Positions 9,265 through 17,785 of a DNA stretch of 38,234 nt are shown here, piece by piece. The notes beneath the pieces were generated by a model. It was given only the letters and a program-made list of their open reading frames with translations, made no database searches and was not told where the DNA came from. The stretch comes from an uncultured bacterium (GTDB lineage Bacteria > Planctomycetota > Phycisphaerae > Sedimentisphaerales > Anaerobacaceae): contig CAJVYK010000001.1 in assembly GCA_913009865.1 (NCBI GenBank), forward strand, positions 1-38,234, in the 5' to 3' direction. The translations under genes were made by a program, and so were the position numbers. The stretch's first letter is position 1. The number at the start of each line of letters is the position of its first letter.

Positions 9265-10823
9265 AACAATTCACTTCCTTCAAGTATTTGTTCCGCTCTT
9301 TTGAGTAATTCAATCGCTGAGTTAAAATTTACTTTTTCCCGGCTAACCTTTGCTTCTAACAAGAGTGTATTCACTGTAGGCCGATGCCGGTTGACTTCGC
9401 AACTGAGCTTAGCTGCTTTGGTGTGGCTGCCAGCTTTGAAAAAAGCCTTCGCGGCCAGTGTTTTCATCCATAGCTGGTTCTGGTGATGTTCGGCAATATA
9501 TTCGAATAGCTGGGCTGCCTGGGCCCAGTTACCGTCTTTTTCCGCTGACCGGGCTTGTTGAAGCAACTGGTCAAACTGAAAGGGGATTTCTTCAGGACGC
9601 AATTGTCTTATTACAATACCGGCGGCTTTCAGAGATTCGCAAATTGACAAATGTGGAAAGCTTTCCCGAGCGTACTTTAAGTCATCTTTTTTTACTACCA
9701 CCGCCCAGAGCATATCCGTTGAACCTTCCAGTTCAAATCCTTCGCGAGCATCCGAATTGTTAATCAGAGCGTAAAGCGGGTCCTCTATCCACATTTCCTC
9801 TATGTCAAAGCCGCTTGGTACGATGACAATATACTCGCCATCGCATACGGCCAGGGCTGTATCGATCCGCTTGGTACTGGAGGCGGGAAAGTTGACCGGT
9901 ACGTTGATTATGTTTGGCATATCTGTGTTGAGCTTGTTGAAATCGGTATGCGGCAGCGGAAGATAAATTTTGTACGGATAGAAAGTGTGCCTCCAGATAG
10001 AGCCGATGGTTTTTCCCGCCTGTTTGTTCAGCCGATCCGGAGAAAAAATGATGGACATATCCTTAATCTTTGTCCAGGGCTTGGCCGGCCTTGTGGTTCG
10101 TATCGTCAGAAGGTTCTTTAGATACTCGTTTTCATCTTTGCGCTGCTGAACTGATATTCTGTCGGATTCGCCGACAGGGCTGTAAAATTCGCCCGTGATT
10201 TCGCAGACGTGATGAAAATCCGAAAAGAAAGCCAGCCGACGGGTTATGTCCCAGTCGATTAGAACGTTGAGCTGTTCATTATAAAGACCTGTCTTTTCAA
10301 GCAGGTCTCTGCGGTGCATCAAGCTTACGTGCAGGGCGTGATTGAAGTAGAGCATAAGAAAACGGTCGAAATCACGGCTGATTTCAACGACCTTGCTTAA
10401 GACCTGCCGGCTGCCGTCCGGAGAAACTTTACAATATGCTTTGTACAGGTCGCTGTACGCAACCTGGCAGTCGCTTCTGTTTTCCAGAGCATCAACCAAC
10501 GTTTCGATATGATGGGGATAATATAAATCGTCGTCGTCAAGATAGGCGATGTATTTTCCCTCGGCTCGGGCTAACGCTTCGTTGAGCGAGAAGGCCTTGC
10601 CGTGATTTTCCTTCCTGTTGATAAATATTATCCGTTGGTCGTTAAATGAATTAACTATATCGCTTACGTCTTCACCGCCGTCGTTGATTACAATAACCTG
10701 GAGATTTCTGTAACTCTGGTGCAAAGCGCTTGCCAGAGCCACAGACAGGTACCGGGGCCGATTAAAAGTCGGGACGAGCACGCTGACCATCGGCCCAGTC
10801 TTGCTCTCTATGTCTTTGGCCAT
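9255..10823 (-). CDS. GT2 glycosyltransferase with a C-terminal TPR-like region (522 aa).
   Basis: The N-terminus VSVLVPTFNRPRYLSVALASALHQSYRNLQVIVINDGGED, followed by YLDDDD, is a GT2 signature. The C-terminus has helical TPR-like repeats (NWAQAAQLFEYIAEHHQNQLWMKTLAAKAFFKAGSHTKAAKL...AIELLKRAEQIL). Confidence 0.8.
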   Translation of the reverse strand: MAKDIESKTGPMVSVLVPTFNRPRYLSVALASALHQSYRNLQVIVINDGGEDVSDIVNSFNDQRIIFINRKENHGKAFSLNEALARAEGKYIAYLDDDDLYYPHHIETLVDALENRSDCQVAYSDLYKAYCKVSPDGSRQVLSKVVEISRDFDRFLMLYFNHALHVSLMHRRDLLEKTGLYNEQLNVLIDWDITRRLAFFSDFHHVCEITGEFYSPVGESDRISVQQRKDENEYLKNLLTIRTTRPAKPWTKIKDMSIIFSPDRLNKQAGKTIGSIWRHTFYPYKIYLPLPHTDFNKLNTDMPNIINVPVNFPASSTKRIDTALAVCDGEYIVIVPSGFDIEEMWIEDPLYALINNSDAREGFELEGSTDMLWAVVVKKDDLKYARESFPHLSICESLKAAGIVIRQLRPEEIPFQFDQLLQQARSAEKDGNWAQAAQLFEYIAEHHQNQLWMKTLAAKAFFKAGSHTKAAKLSCEVNRHRPTVNTLLLEAKVSREKVNFNSAIELLKRAEQILEGSELLWT

Positions 10824-10831
10824 ATCAAAAA

Positions 10832-12289
10832 CTATCCAAGTCGATTTTCAACCGGCAATTGGAAATCACCAACAGGCAATTTATCTGAATCCATCTCGGC
10901 TTCAAATTGGGTAAAAATTTCGTTGATTTTGCGCAACTGTTCTTTCAGAGGGTAATTTTCTTCTACGAATCTGCGGTACTTCCGCGGCTCGTATGTACCG
11001 GAGAGAATCTGCTCACAGAATTCTTCGGAAATGTTAAATAGAAACTGCGGCGGGAAAATCTGGTCTGCTCCCGGGAAATTGTGGATAACCGGTTTCAATC
11101 CGCAGGCCATACCTTCCAGCAATCCCATACCCTGAGATTCTGCGATGCTGGCTGAGACGATGTAGTGTTTATTCTCAAGCCAGGAATTTATATCTTCCTG
11201 CCAGCCGTCAAAAAACACCACATCTGTGAGTTCAAGTGCTTTACAGATATGCCTGATATACTGTTCGAGCATTGGGTCCTGGAAAGTTCCCGCAAAGAAC
11301 AGCTTATATTCAGAGTCAATGTAGTGCAGCTTCTGCATACACTGCAGAAGGGATACAGGGTTCTTTCTCATATTCAGATAGCCCACACAGGCCAGATTCT
11401 TGCCGGGCTGTCTCTCAATGAACTTGAACTTATCGAAGTTGACGCCGTTGGGAATCGTGACAACCCGCGTGCGACTTTCGATATCGGGCACTTGTTTAAT
11501 CAGTGCGTCTTTGACAAACGAGTTGCCAACGGTGATGAGTGTATCTATGTTCTCCCACCGGACCCGGCTCGGCCAGTTCTGGTAGGCCTCGAAACGGTGA
11601 AGCCGGACAATATTTTTGCAGACTTTCGGCAGTTTTGAGGCCTCTGCAACTACATCGGTACACCACTCAAACCAGGCTATGTCACTGGCCTTCATTAGTT
11701 CATACATCTGGTCGATACTTTGGTTCCCGGAAAGCTGTACCTGATATCGAGATTCGGTGAATTCGTAAATATCCGTCAGAAACTTTACATCGCCGCTTAA
11801 TCCGCAGAAGAATGCGATTTTGCCTCTTTTAGAGCGAATCACTTCAATCATCGGCTTGAGAATTTCCTGGTCGGGCCAGTTTGTCAGTGAACGGAGCAGC
11901 ATTTCGATGGCGTCGGCCTTATTGTCCTGATTTAGAAATACATTAGCGGTTCTGTTAAGTACATCAGCATTCAATATGCCCATTCGCTCCATATCGTCGA
12001 AAAGCTGTACCGCTTCGTTTGCTCTCCCGAGAGCAAGATATGCCTCTACCAGATTCCAGATTATCTCAGGGCTGTCGCTCTGCAGGGCCCTGGCTTTGAC
12101 AAAATGATTGATGGCTTCGTCCGAGCGGCCCAGGCAGTGGAGAATTGCTCCCGCATCGTTCAGGGCCTGCGCATCATCCGACGCTGTGCGAAGATGTTCT
12201 TGAATACAGTCGAGAGCTTCGCTGTGCCTGCCGGCCTCGGCTAATTCCAAACCTCTCTGGTAATGATTCGATTTTGTCCCCATTGTCAT
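10832..12289 (-). CDS. N-terminal TPR plus C-terminal GT-B (GT4-like) glycosyltransferase. The architecture resembles FlmG-type flagellin glycosyltransferases.
   Basis: N-terminal TPRs: YQRGLELAEAGRHSEALDCIQEHL, LNDAGAILHCLGRSDEAINHFVKARAL and WNLVEAYLALGRANEAVQLF. The C-terminus carries the GT-B/GT4 hallmark ESQGMGLLEGMACGLKPVIHNFPGA. A GGAG RBS lies about 10 nt upstream of the ATG at 12289. Confidence 0.8.
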   Translation of the reverse strand: MTMGTKSNHYQRGLELAEAGRHSEALDCIQEHLRTASDDAQALNDAGAILHCLGRSDEAINHFVKARALQSDSPEIIWNLVEAYLALGRANEAVQLFDDMERMGILNADVLNRTANVFLNQDNKADAIEMLLRSLTNWPDQEILKPMIEVIRSKRGKIAFFCGLSGDVKFLTDIYEFTESRYQVQLSGNQSIDQMYELMKASDIAWFEWCTDVVAEASKLPKVCKNIVRLHRFEAYQNWPSRVRWENIDTLITVGNSFVKDALIKQVPDIESRTRVVTIPNGVNFDKFKFIERQPGKNLACVGYLNMRKNPVSLLQCMQKLHYIDSEYKLFFAGTFQDPMLEQYIRHICKALELTDVVFFDGWQEDINSWLENKHYIVSASIAESQGMGLLEGMACGLKPVIHNFPGADQIFPPQFLFNISEEFCEQILSGTYEPRKYRRFVEENYPLKEQLRKINEIFTQFEAEMDSDKLPVGDFQLPVENRLG

Positions 12290-12375
12290 CTGCCTTACTC
12301 CGTATTTACGTTACAGTCCTTAAAACAAGTTTTCTTTACAGACCTGCGGCTAAATGGCTATATAGCAACCATTAC

Positions 12376-12390
12376 GCAAATTCTGTGCCG
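12376..12390 (-). promoter_or_regulatory. Sigma-54 (-24/-12) type promoter for the glycosylation operon.
   Basis: The plus strand reads gcaaattctgtgccg, so the minus strand reads CGGCAC-AGAAT-TTGC. GG-N10-GC spacing is correct against the consensus TGGCAC-N5-TTGC. It lies about 87 nt upstream of the ATG at 12289, in the 222-bp gap after flgL. Confidence 0.55.
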
Positions 12391-12511
12391 TCAGCCGAGA
12401 CGGGTATTTATTTGCGATTTCGCAGGTCCAAGTGCAAAATTTGTATAAATATCAAACATATATGTTGTTCAAACAATCATCTCTGAAGTTTTTCACGTTT
12501 ATCCTCAGCGG

Positions 12512-13699
12512 CTATCTGAGGAAATCCAGCAGCGACATAGACATAAGTTTTCCAGCTACGGACAACGACATCTGGTAAAGAACCTGACGGCGAGACATAT
12601 CTATTGCTATTTGAGCAATGTCAGCTTCCTGCAAACGAGTTACTTCATCCTCAGTGTCGTACTTCAGATTTTTTAGACTATCTTTGAGATTGTCCAGGAA
12701 ACCAATTTTTGACCCCGCAGAAACAGATTTTTGTAACAAAAGATTGCTTATCTCTTTCAGTGAATCCAACGAATTATCCTGTAGCTGCTGCAATTGAGCA
12801 TCGGAAAGCTCTCTATCGTTCTCAAGTATGTCCCGGATGGTAATAAGCGTATTGAATGCGTCATAAGTTCCGGGTATGCGTACCAACTCAACTCCCGTAC
12901 TGTTTATTCCGGTAGTGTCAACGTAGAGAACCTGTCCGGTTCGCGAATCCGTTACAAGCTGGTTGGTCTCTCCGCCGGCGGGGACGGTTATGTAGCTGGC
13001 TCCATCGTCAATAGAGAGTTTGTAATTGCTGCCATCGTGGATTACCGTCAGCCAGACATCGCCGGTAACACTCGGTGTCCCCGTGCCGGCTTTGGCGCCG
13101 GTATCACCCGGAAAGATGGGGCTGCTGCGATTGCTCGAACGAAAAATATTATCGCCTACATAAAGAGCACTGGACTGCACTCCGGGGGCCACCTCAATAT
13201 TGCGACCCTCGAGACTGCCCTGGTAGGTTACGCTGGTGATTTTCCCGTTAGTGCGCTCCACGGTATAGGGCGCCGAGGCCGTATCGCTTCCCCCAAAAAG
13301 GTATTGGTTATTATGTTTGGTATTAGCCAGTGAAACTATCTGCTCTAATATATCGTTGATACCCTCTGCTGTCCTTTCTCGTGCCTGGTCGTCATAGATG
13401 CCGCCGGAGATTTGAACCAGACGTAATTTCGTCTCCGCCAGAGATGACATCATATTCTCGATAATGGTGGAGGAAAGCTCCAGCGTACTAACAAGCTCCG
13501 AGAGGCCGTCTATATAATTTTCCATAGACCTTTGCTGAGAGTCGAGCCCTAAAACCTGGTACGCCGCAGATGGGTCATCAGAGGCCCGATTTATCCGCGA
13601 GCCGGTAGATGCCTGTTCCTGCAGGCGAGCCATCGCCTCGGCTTGAAAATTCAAAGAAAAGCTGATATTATTGTAAATATTACTCAGTGTTCCGCTCAT
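12512..13699 (-). CDS. flgL: Flagellar hook-associated protein 3 (hook-filament junction) FlgL.
   Basis: It has a flagellin-type N-terminus, ASTGSRINRASDDPSAAYQVLGL. It lies immediately downstream of flgK. The C-terminal helical region is EADIAQIAIDMSRRQVLYQMSLSVAGKLMSMSLLDFL. Confidence 0.85.
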   Translation of the reverse strand: MSGTLSNIYNNISFSLNFQAEAMARLQEQASTGSRINRASDDPSAAYQVLGLDSQQRSMENYIDGLSELVSTLELSSTIIENMMSSLAETKLRLVQISGGIYDDQARERTAEGINDILEQIVSLANTKHNNQYLFGGSDTASAPYTVERTNGKITSVTYQGSLEGRNIEVAPGVQSSALYVGDNIFRSSNRSSPIFPGDTGAKAGTGTPSVTGDVWLTVIHDGSNYKLSIDDGASYITVPAGGETNQLVTDSRTGQVLYVDTTGINSTGVELVRIPGTYDAFNTLITIRDILENDRELSDAQLQQLQDNSLDSLKEISNLLLQKSVSAGSKIGFLDNLKDSLKNLKYDTEDEVTRLQEADIAQIAIDMSRRQVLYQMSLSVAGKLMSMSLLDFLR

Positions 13700-13726
13700 T
13701 GAGACCCCTGGAATAAACTCGGCTGT

Positions 13727-15691
13727 TTATATCAGTTCCATAATAGCTGATATTGACGATTGAATTGTGTTCATATATTTGGCCATTGCCTGGAACATCT
13801 GTTGGAAAATCAATAGCTGGGCAGCTTCATCGTTGATGTTGACACCGCTTATCTCGCTTTGCTGATTAGCGAGGTTTTGGACTAAGCCGGCGATGTTGTC
13901 CTGGCGCATCTGTTTAACGGAAAGCTGTTGACCGAGATTTGCAATCAGCCGGCGATAAAACTCTCCGGTCGTCAAGCCGTCCAAACTGCTCAGGGCTTCG
14001 TCCCTGGCGCCAACCAGCCGTAAAGCGTTGGCGTTATCCGTCATATCCGCACCCAGAGCCGTTGCTATAAGAGCCGGCGAATCGCTTATGTCCGAACAAA
14101 CCGCTATGTTCAGGGCGCTGTTGCCGGAAAAAAAGGTATTGATTCCAGCCGCAGCCAATACTCCCGAAGTATCGGTATTAGCAAACACATCGACCTCGAA
14201 GGTGTCGTTCGCGTTTAAGTCTCCGGTGCTAAGAGATATTCTGATTCCATCGCCTATATCGAGCATATCGCCCGCTGCATAACCTGCGCCGACATTGAGA
14301 GTAGTAACCACCTGGCCGTCACCGTTTTTCACCTCAAGCTGTAAGGTGCCATTGCCGACCGAACCGGTACCTATCACCGTAAACTGGAAAGTCTGGTTCT
14401 TCGTACCCGTGTAAATGCCGGAGGCAGATATAGTCGGCGGTGATGTCCCTGTAAGATTGCTTGCCGTCGGCGCAGACAGAACTGCGGGAAGGAAATCAAA
14501 TTTATAGTTTGTATCGGCCTGGATATGCAGCTTCGAAGAGGCCACCGAAGCAGTCAGGCCGGTAATGTTGTTCGTAATGTATGTGGCTATGGTGGTTAAT
14601 GAATCTGCCGATGCATCAATGTCAATTTCGTGGCGGGTTATCGCTCCAGTGCTGGTGTTCGTAACTCTTACGTATATTTTACCGTCAGTTACGGATGGAT
14701 TGAAATCGGCTAAATTTTCACTTGTCATTGTCCAGCCGGTCAGTTCGGTGAACGAGCCTTGTGAACCTACCGCCTGAACGTGGTATTGATTTATTTGCTG
14801 TATTATCCCACTTGCTAAATCGTCCATGTCGTTTTGAATTTCAGTGATAAGTTCATTTTTCAACGATAGTAATCCGCCGAGCCGACCGCCTTGCACGTCA
14901 CTGTTTACATTGTTGGCGCCGGTAACGGTAATGCCCAGACTGCCGTCTTCTTTTAGCCCCACCTCCAGTGCGGTAGCAGAAGCGCCTATCACTACAGGTG
15001 TTCCGGCAACGACGACATCGACCACGCCATAGTCTCTGTTCTGGGTCTGGACGCCAACCAATTCAGACAGTTCTGCTATGCACTGGTCCCTTTGGTCCCG
15101 CAAATTGTTGGCCTGTCCGCCACCTATTGACATCCTTTCTATGTTGTCGTTGAGTTCGGCAATCTGACTTGTCAGCGTGTTAATTCGTTCGACGGTATTT
15201 TCGGCTTCTAATTTAATCCGGGTTTGAAGCGAGGTCAGAAATTCTCCTAATGTTCTGAATTGACCAGCCATAGTCTGGCCAGCGGTTACAGCTTGATTTT
15301 GCCAAATGGTCTCTGTCGGGTGAGCGCTGAGGTCGCCCAACGCGTTGAAAAATTCGTCTATTGCTGCGTTCAAACCGTCTCCGGCTGAAAGCTCTCCAAA
15401 TGCGCTTTCAACGGTACGCAGCGTGGTAAATTCCTGTGAGACCTGCTCTAATGACGACTGCTGTCGGAGAATCTCCTGCTCCAAAAGGCCGTCTATTATC
15501 CTGGTAACGCTGGCAATATTGACGCCTCCCCCCAATAAAACAGGGCCGGCCTGTGATGAGTACGCAGGAGTCATATTTAATCTCTGGCGGTGATAGCCGT
15601 CAGTAGCCGCATTGGCAATATTATTGCCGATTATGTCAAGGGCTTTCTGGGCTGCATCAAGGCCGCTGATACCTATGGAGTAGTTCGACAT
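13727..15691 (-). CDS. flgK: Flagellar hook-associated protein 1 FlgK.
   Basis: The N-terminus is ISGLDAAQKALDIIGNNIANAATDGYHRQ. The C-terminus is INDEAAQLLIFQQMFQAMAKYMNTIQSSISAIMELI. At 654 aa it is a typical length for FlgK. Confidence 0.9.
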   Translation of the reverse strand: MSNYSIGISGLDAAQKALDIIGNNIANAATDGYHRQRLNMTPAYSSQAGPVLLGGGVNIASVTRIIDGLLEQEILRQQSSLEQVSQEFTTLRTVESAFGELSAGDGLNAAIDEFFNALGDLSAHPTETIWQNQAVTAGQTMAGQFRTLGEFLTSLQTRIKLEAENTVERINTLTSQIAELNDNIERMSIGGGQANNLRDQRDQCIAELSELVGVQTQNRDYGVVDVVVAGTPVVIGASATALEVGLKEDGSLGITVTGANNVNSDVQGGRLGGLLSLKNELITEIQNDMDDLASGIIQQINQYHVQAVGSQGSFTELTGWTMTSENLADFNPSVTDGKIYVRVTNTSTGAITRHEIDIDASADSLTTIATYITNNITGLTASVASSKLHIQADTNYKFDFLPAVLSAPTASNLTGTSPPTISASGIYTGTKNQTFQFTVIGTGSVGNGTLQLEVKNGDGQVVTTLNVGAGYAAGDMLDIGDGIRISLSTGDLNANDTFEVDVFANTDTSGVLAAAGINTFFSGNSALNIAVCSDISDSPALIATALGADMTDNANALRLVGARDEALSSLDGLTTGEFYRRLIANLGQQLSVKQMRQDNIAGLVQNLANQQSEISGVNINDEAAQLLIFQQMFQAMAKYMNTIQSSISAIMELI

Positions 15692-15720
15692 TTCTTAACT
15701 CCGTTTAGATTGGAAATTTT

Positions 15721-16242
15721 TCAAAAGCGCAAATTTACAAAAGCTGTGTCAGTCTGCCGTTTGGCGGCCCCGTTGGAATTGTAGTAAACTATCCCGGTGC
15801 CGCCGAGGTCGAAAATACTTTTCAAAAGCAGGCCGTTGAATCTGGCACAATCTGACAAAAGCAGTGCCGTGCTTAAATGCTCTTTCTTAAGCTCCTCAGT
15901 CAATACTCTTAATTTTGCCTTCCTCTCGGCTACTTGAGCTTTTTTTTCTTTTGGCAACGCAGCTTCGAGTCTGGACAGGGTCATTTGCCCGGGGTTACAG
16001 CCGAAAGCAATCGCCAATTCTTTTCGTAACGACTGTCGTTGTGATTCGCAGCTTCTGTAACGCTCCGAGGCAACCCGAATAGTCTCGAGCAGTTTACCCA
16101 GAGAGGTATCGTTACGCTTAACGACCAGACTGCGCAGTTCGTTCAATCGCAACGAACACTCTTGTATATGCTGAATGTCTTTGTCGAGACAAGTGAGCAG
16201 TTCGTCGATTTTATCTTCTATTTCAATAACCGCCTCTTTCAT
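15721..16242 (-). CDS. flgN: FlgN-like export chaperone. The assignment rests mainly on position.
   Basis: This 173-aa helical protein sits directly upstream of flgK, the classical flgN position. It has an ATGA-type overlap with the preceding rod-binding gene. Sequence-level support is weak. Confidence 0.55.
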   Translation of the reverse strand: MKEAVIEIEDKIDELLTCLDKDIQHIQECSLRLNELRSLVVKRNDTSLGKLLETIRVASERYRSCESQRQSLRKELAIAFGCNPGQMTLSRLEAALPKEKKAQVAERKAKLRVLTEELKKEHLSTALLLSDCARFNGLLLKSIFDLGGTGIVYYNSNGAAKRQTDTAFVNLRF

Positions 16243-16583
16243 ATATTCTTATCCAGTGACTGTGTCGTTGTTTTTGCCTGGCTCGAATCGGTTAAAAATT
16301 TGTATATGTCCTTCCACATCCCGAAGCCGCCGTTGTTTGCGATGTCGCGGGCCAGGTACAGCCAGAATATCCCCTGAACCTGTCCGGATGCGCCATCTTT
16401 GTCAAAGCCCCAGTCCCCGATAGTATTTTTCATCTCGTTCAGCAGTTTATTGATAAAAACCGACTCAAAATCTTTGGCTATTTGTTTCTTCTTCTCTTCC
16501 GAAATACCATCGAGCTTGCCTAAATCCCGCAGGGGACTCGGCGGTGAAACGGCTCCGGTTAATATCAATTTGGCGCTATCCAT
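16239..16583 (-). CDS. flgJ: Rod-binding protein, equivalent to the FlgJ N-terminal domain only, with no muramidase domain.
   Basis: The motif KDFESVFINKLLNEMKNT, followed by ...GGFGMWKDIYKFL, matches the Rod_binding pattern (FEa.fl.qmlk.M ... GG.GlA). The protein is only 114 aa. Confidence 0.75.
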   Translation of the reverse strand: MDSAKLILTGAVSPPSPLRDLGKLDGISEEKKKQIAKDFESVFINKLLNEMKNTIGDWGFDKDGASGQVQGIFWLYLARDIANNGGFGMWKDIYKFLTDSSQAKTTTQSLDKNI

Positions 16584-16615
16584 TAGAGTTACTCCGCCGT
16601 AAGGCGTCCTGTGGC

Positions 16616-17785
16616 CTACATTATTTCCAGCTTAGCTTGAAGAGCGCCGGCTTTTTTCAAGGCGTTGAATATCGCTATGAGGTCTGTTGGCGTCGCTCCT
16701 ATGGCATTGAGGGTTTTAGCCAGGTCTGAGACGGTAACCGTCCGTGGCACAGAAATCAGAAATCCTTCCGGCTCTTCGACTCCTATTATTGTTTCCGGGA
16801 CAACTTCGGTCGTGCCGGCATCAGAGAAAGGCGCTGTGGGCTGGGAGACGTTTGCGGTTTCTTTGATTTTTACAACAAGACTGCCCTGGGAAATCGCCAC
16901 CGCCGATATGCCGACGTTCTCTCCGACCACAATGGTGCCGGTGCGTTCGTTAATAACCACTACCGCAGGGATATCGACCTTCACTTCAAACTTTGTAATA
17001 TCATCGATAAAGCCGGCTATACCTGTCTGACTGATTTCGCTGGGCACTTTGATTTTGATAGTGCCGGGGTCAACTACTGCTGTACTGTCCGGGAAGAGTC
17101 GATTAACGGCTATTCTGATTCGCTCGGCAGTTGAAAAATCATTGTTTCTAAGGTTAAGCGTGATAAACCTGTGGCCCGCAATGTATTCGACAAAGCTGGC
17201 AATTTCGGCCTTTTCAACGATTGCGCCGGAAGGTATTCGGCCGACCGTCTGGTGATTTTTCGTAATCGAGGACTTGTCACCCGATGCCGTCCAGCCGCCA
17301 ATCGAGACGCCTCCCTGAGCTACAGCATATACCTGGCCGTCAAGACCTTTTAGTGGCGTTGCCAAAAGCATTCCGCCCTGAAGACTTTTGGCATCTGCTA
17401 CAGAAGAGACGTCAACATCTATGCGAGATCCCTGGCGGGCAAAAGGCCCCAGTTCTGTCGTTACCATAACAATTGCGATGTTACCGCCGGTCAAATCGCC
17501 GGGAGAAAGAACCAGTCCGGAATCTCTGAATATGTTCGTCAGCATTTGCTGCGACGGCAGGGTGCTGTCACCAGTGCCGGCCAGACCTATAACCAGGCCG
17601 AGACCGGTGAGCGGGTTACCGCGAATCCCTTGAATGTCAACAATGTCTTTTATTCGCTCGCACCGCCCAGTTCCAACTGCACTTAGTAAGATTAAAAACA
17701 AAAGCGTAAAATTGATTATTGATAATTGATTATAGATTTTTCTGCTCTTCACTTTTCGTTTCCTAAAATGGCCGAATGATGTCAA
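16616..17785 (-). CDS. flgI: Flagellar P-ring protein FlgI.
   Basis: It carries RIKDIVDIQGIRGNPLTGLGLVIGLAGTGD, the hallmark FlgI N-terminus after the signal peptide. The C-terminus is DLIAIFNALKKAGALQAKLEI. The start overlaps flgH by 23 nt, so the exact start is uncertain. Confidence 0.92.
   Translation of the reverse strand: MTSFGHFRKRKVKSRKIYNQLSIINFTLLFLILLSAVGTGRCERIKDIVDIQGIRGNPLTGLGLVIGLAGTGDSTLPSQQMLTNIFRDSGLVLSPGDLTGGNIAIVMVTTELGPFARQGSRIDVDVSSVADAKSLQGGMLLATPLKGLDGQVYAVAQGGVSIGGWTASGDKSSITKNHQTVGRIPSGAIVEKAEIASFVEYIAGHRFITLNLRNNDFSTAERIRIAVNRLFPDSTAVVDPGTIKIKVPSEISQTGIAGFIDDITKFEVKVDIPAVVVINERTGTIVVGENVGISAVAISQGSLVVKIKETANVSQPTAPFSDAGTTEVVPETIIGVEEPEGFLISVPRTVTVSDLAKTLNAIGATPTDLIAIFNALKKAGALQAKLEIM

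Noticed and set aside
12490-12497. The CGTGAAAA motif, present on the minus strand at 12490-12497 and on the plus strand at 32397-32404 and 36757-36764, as a shared regulatory box.
   Set aside because: All three copies are intergenic, which is suggestive. However, the distances to the downstream start codons are inconsistent (about 33, 200 and 208 nt) and an 8-mer is too short to support a claim without genome-wide statistics.
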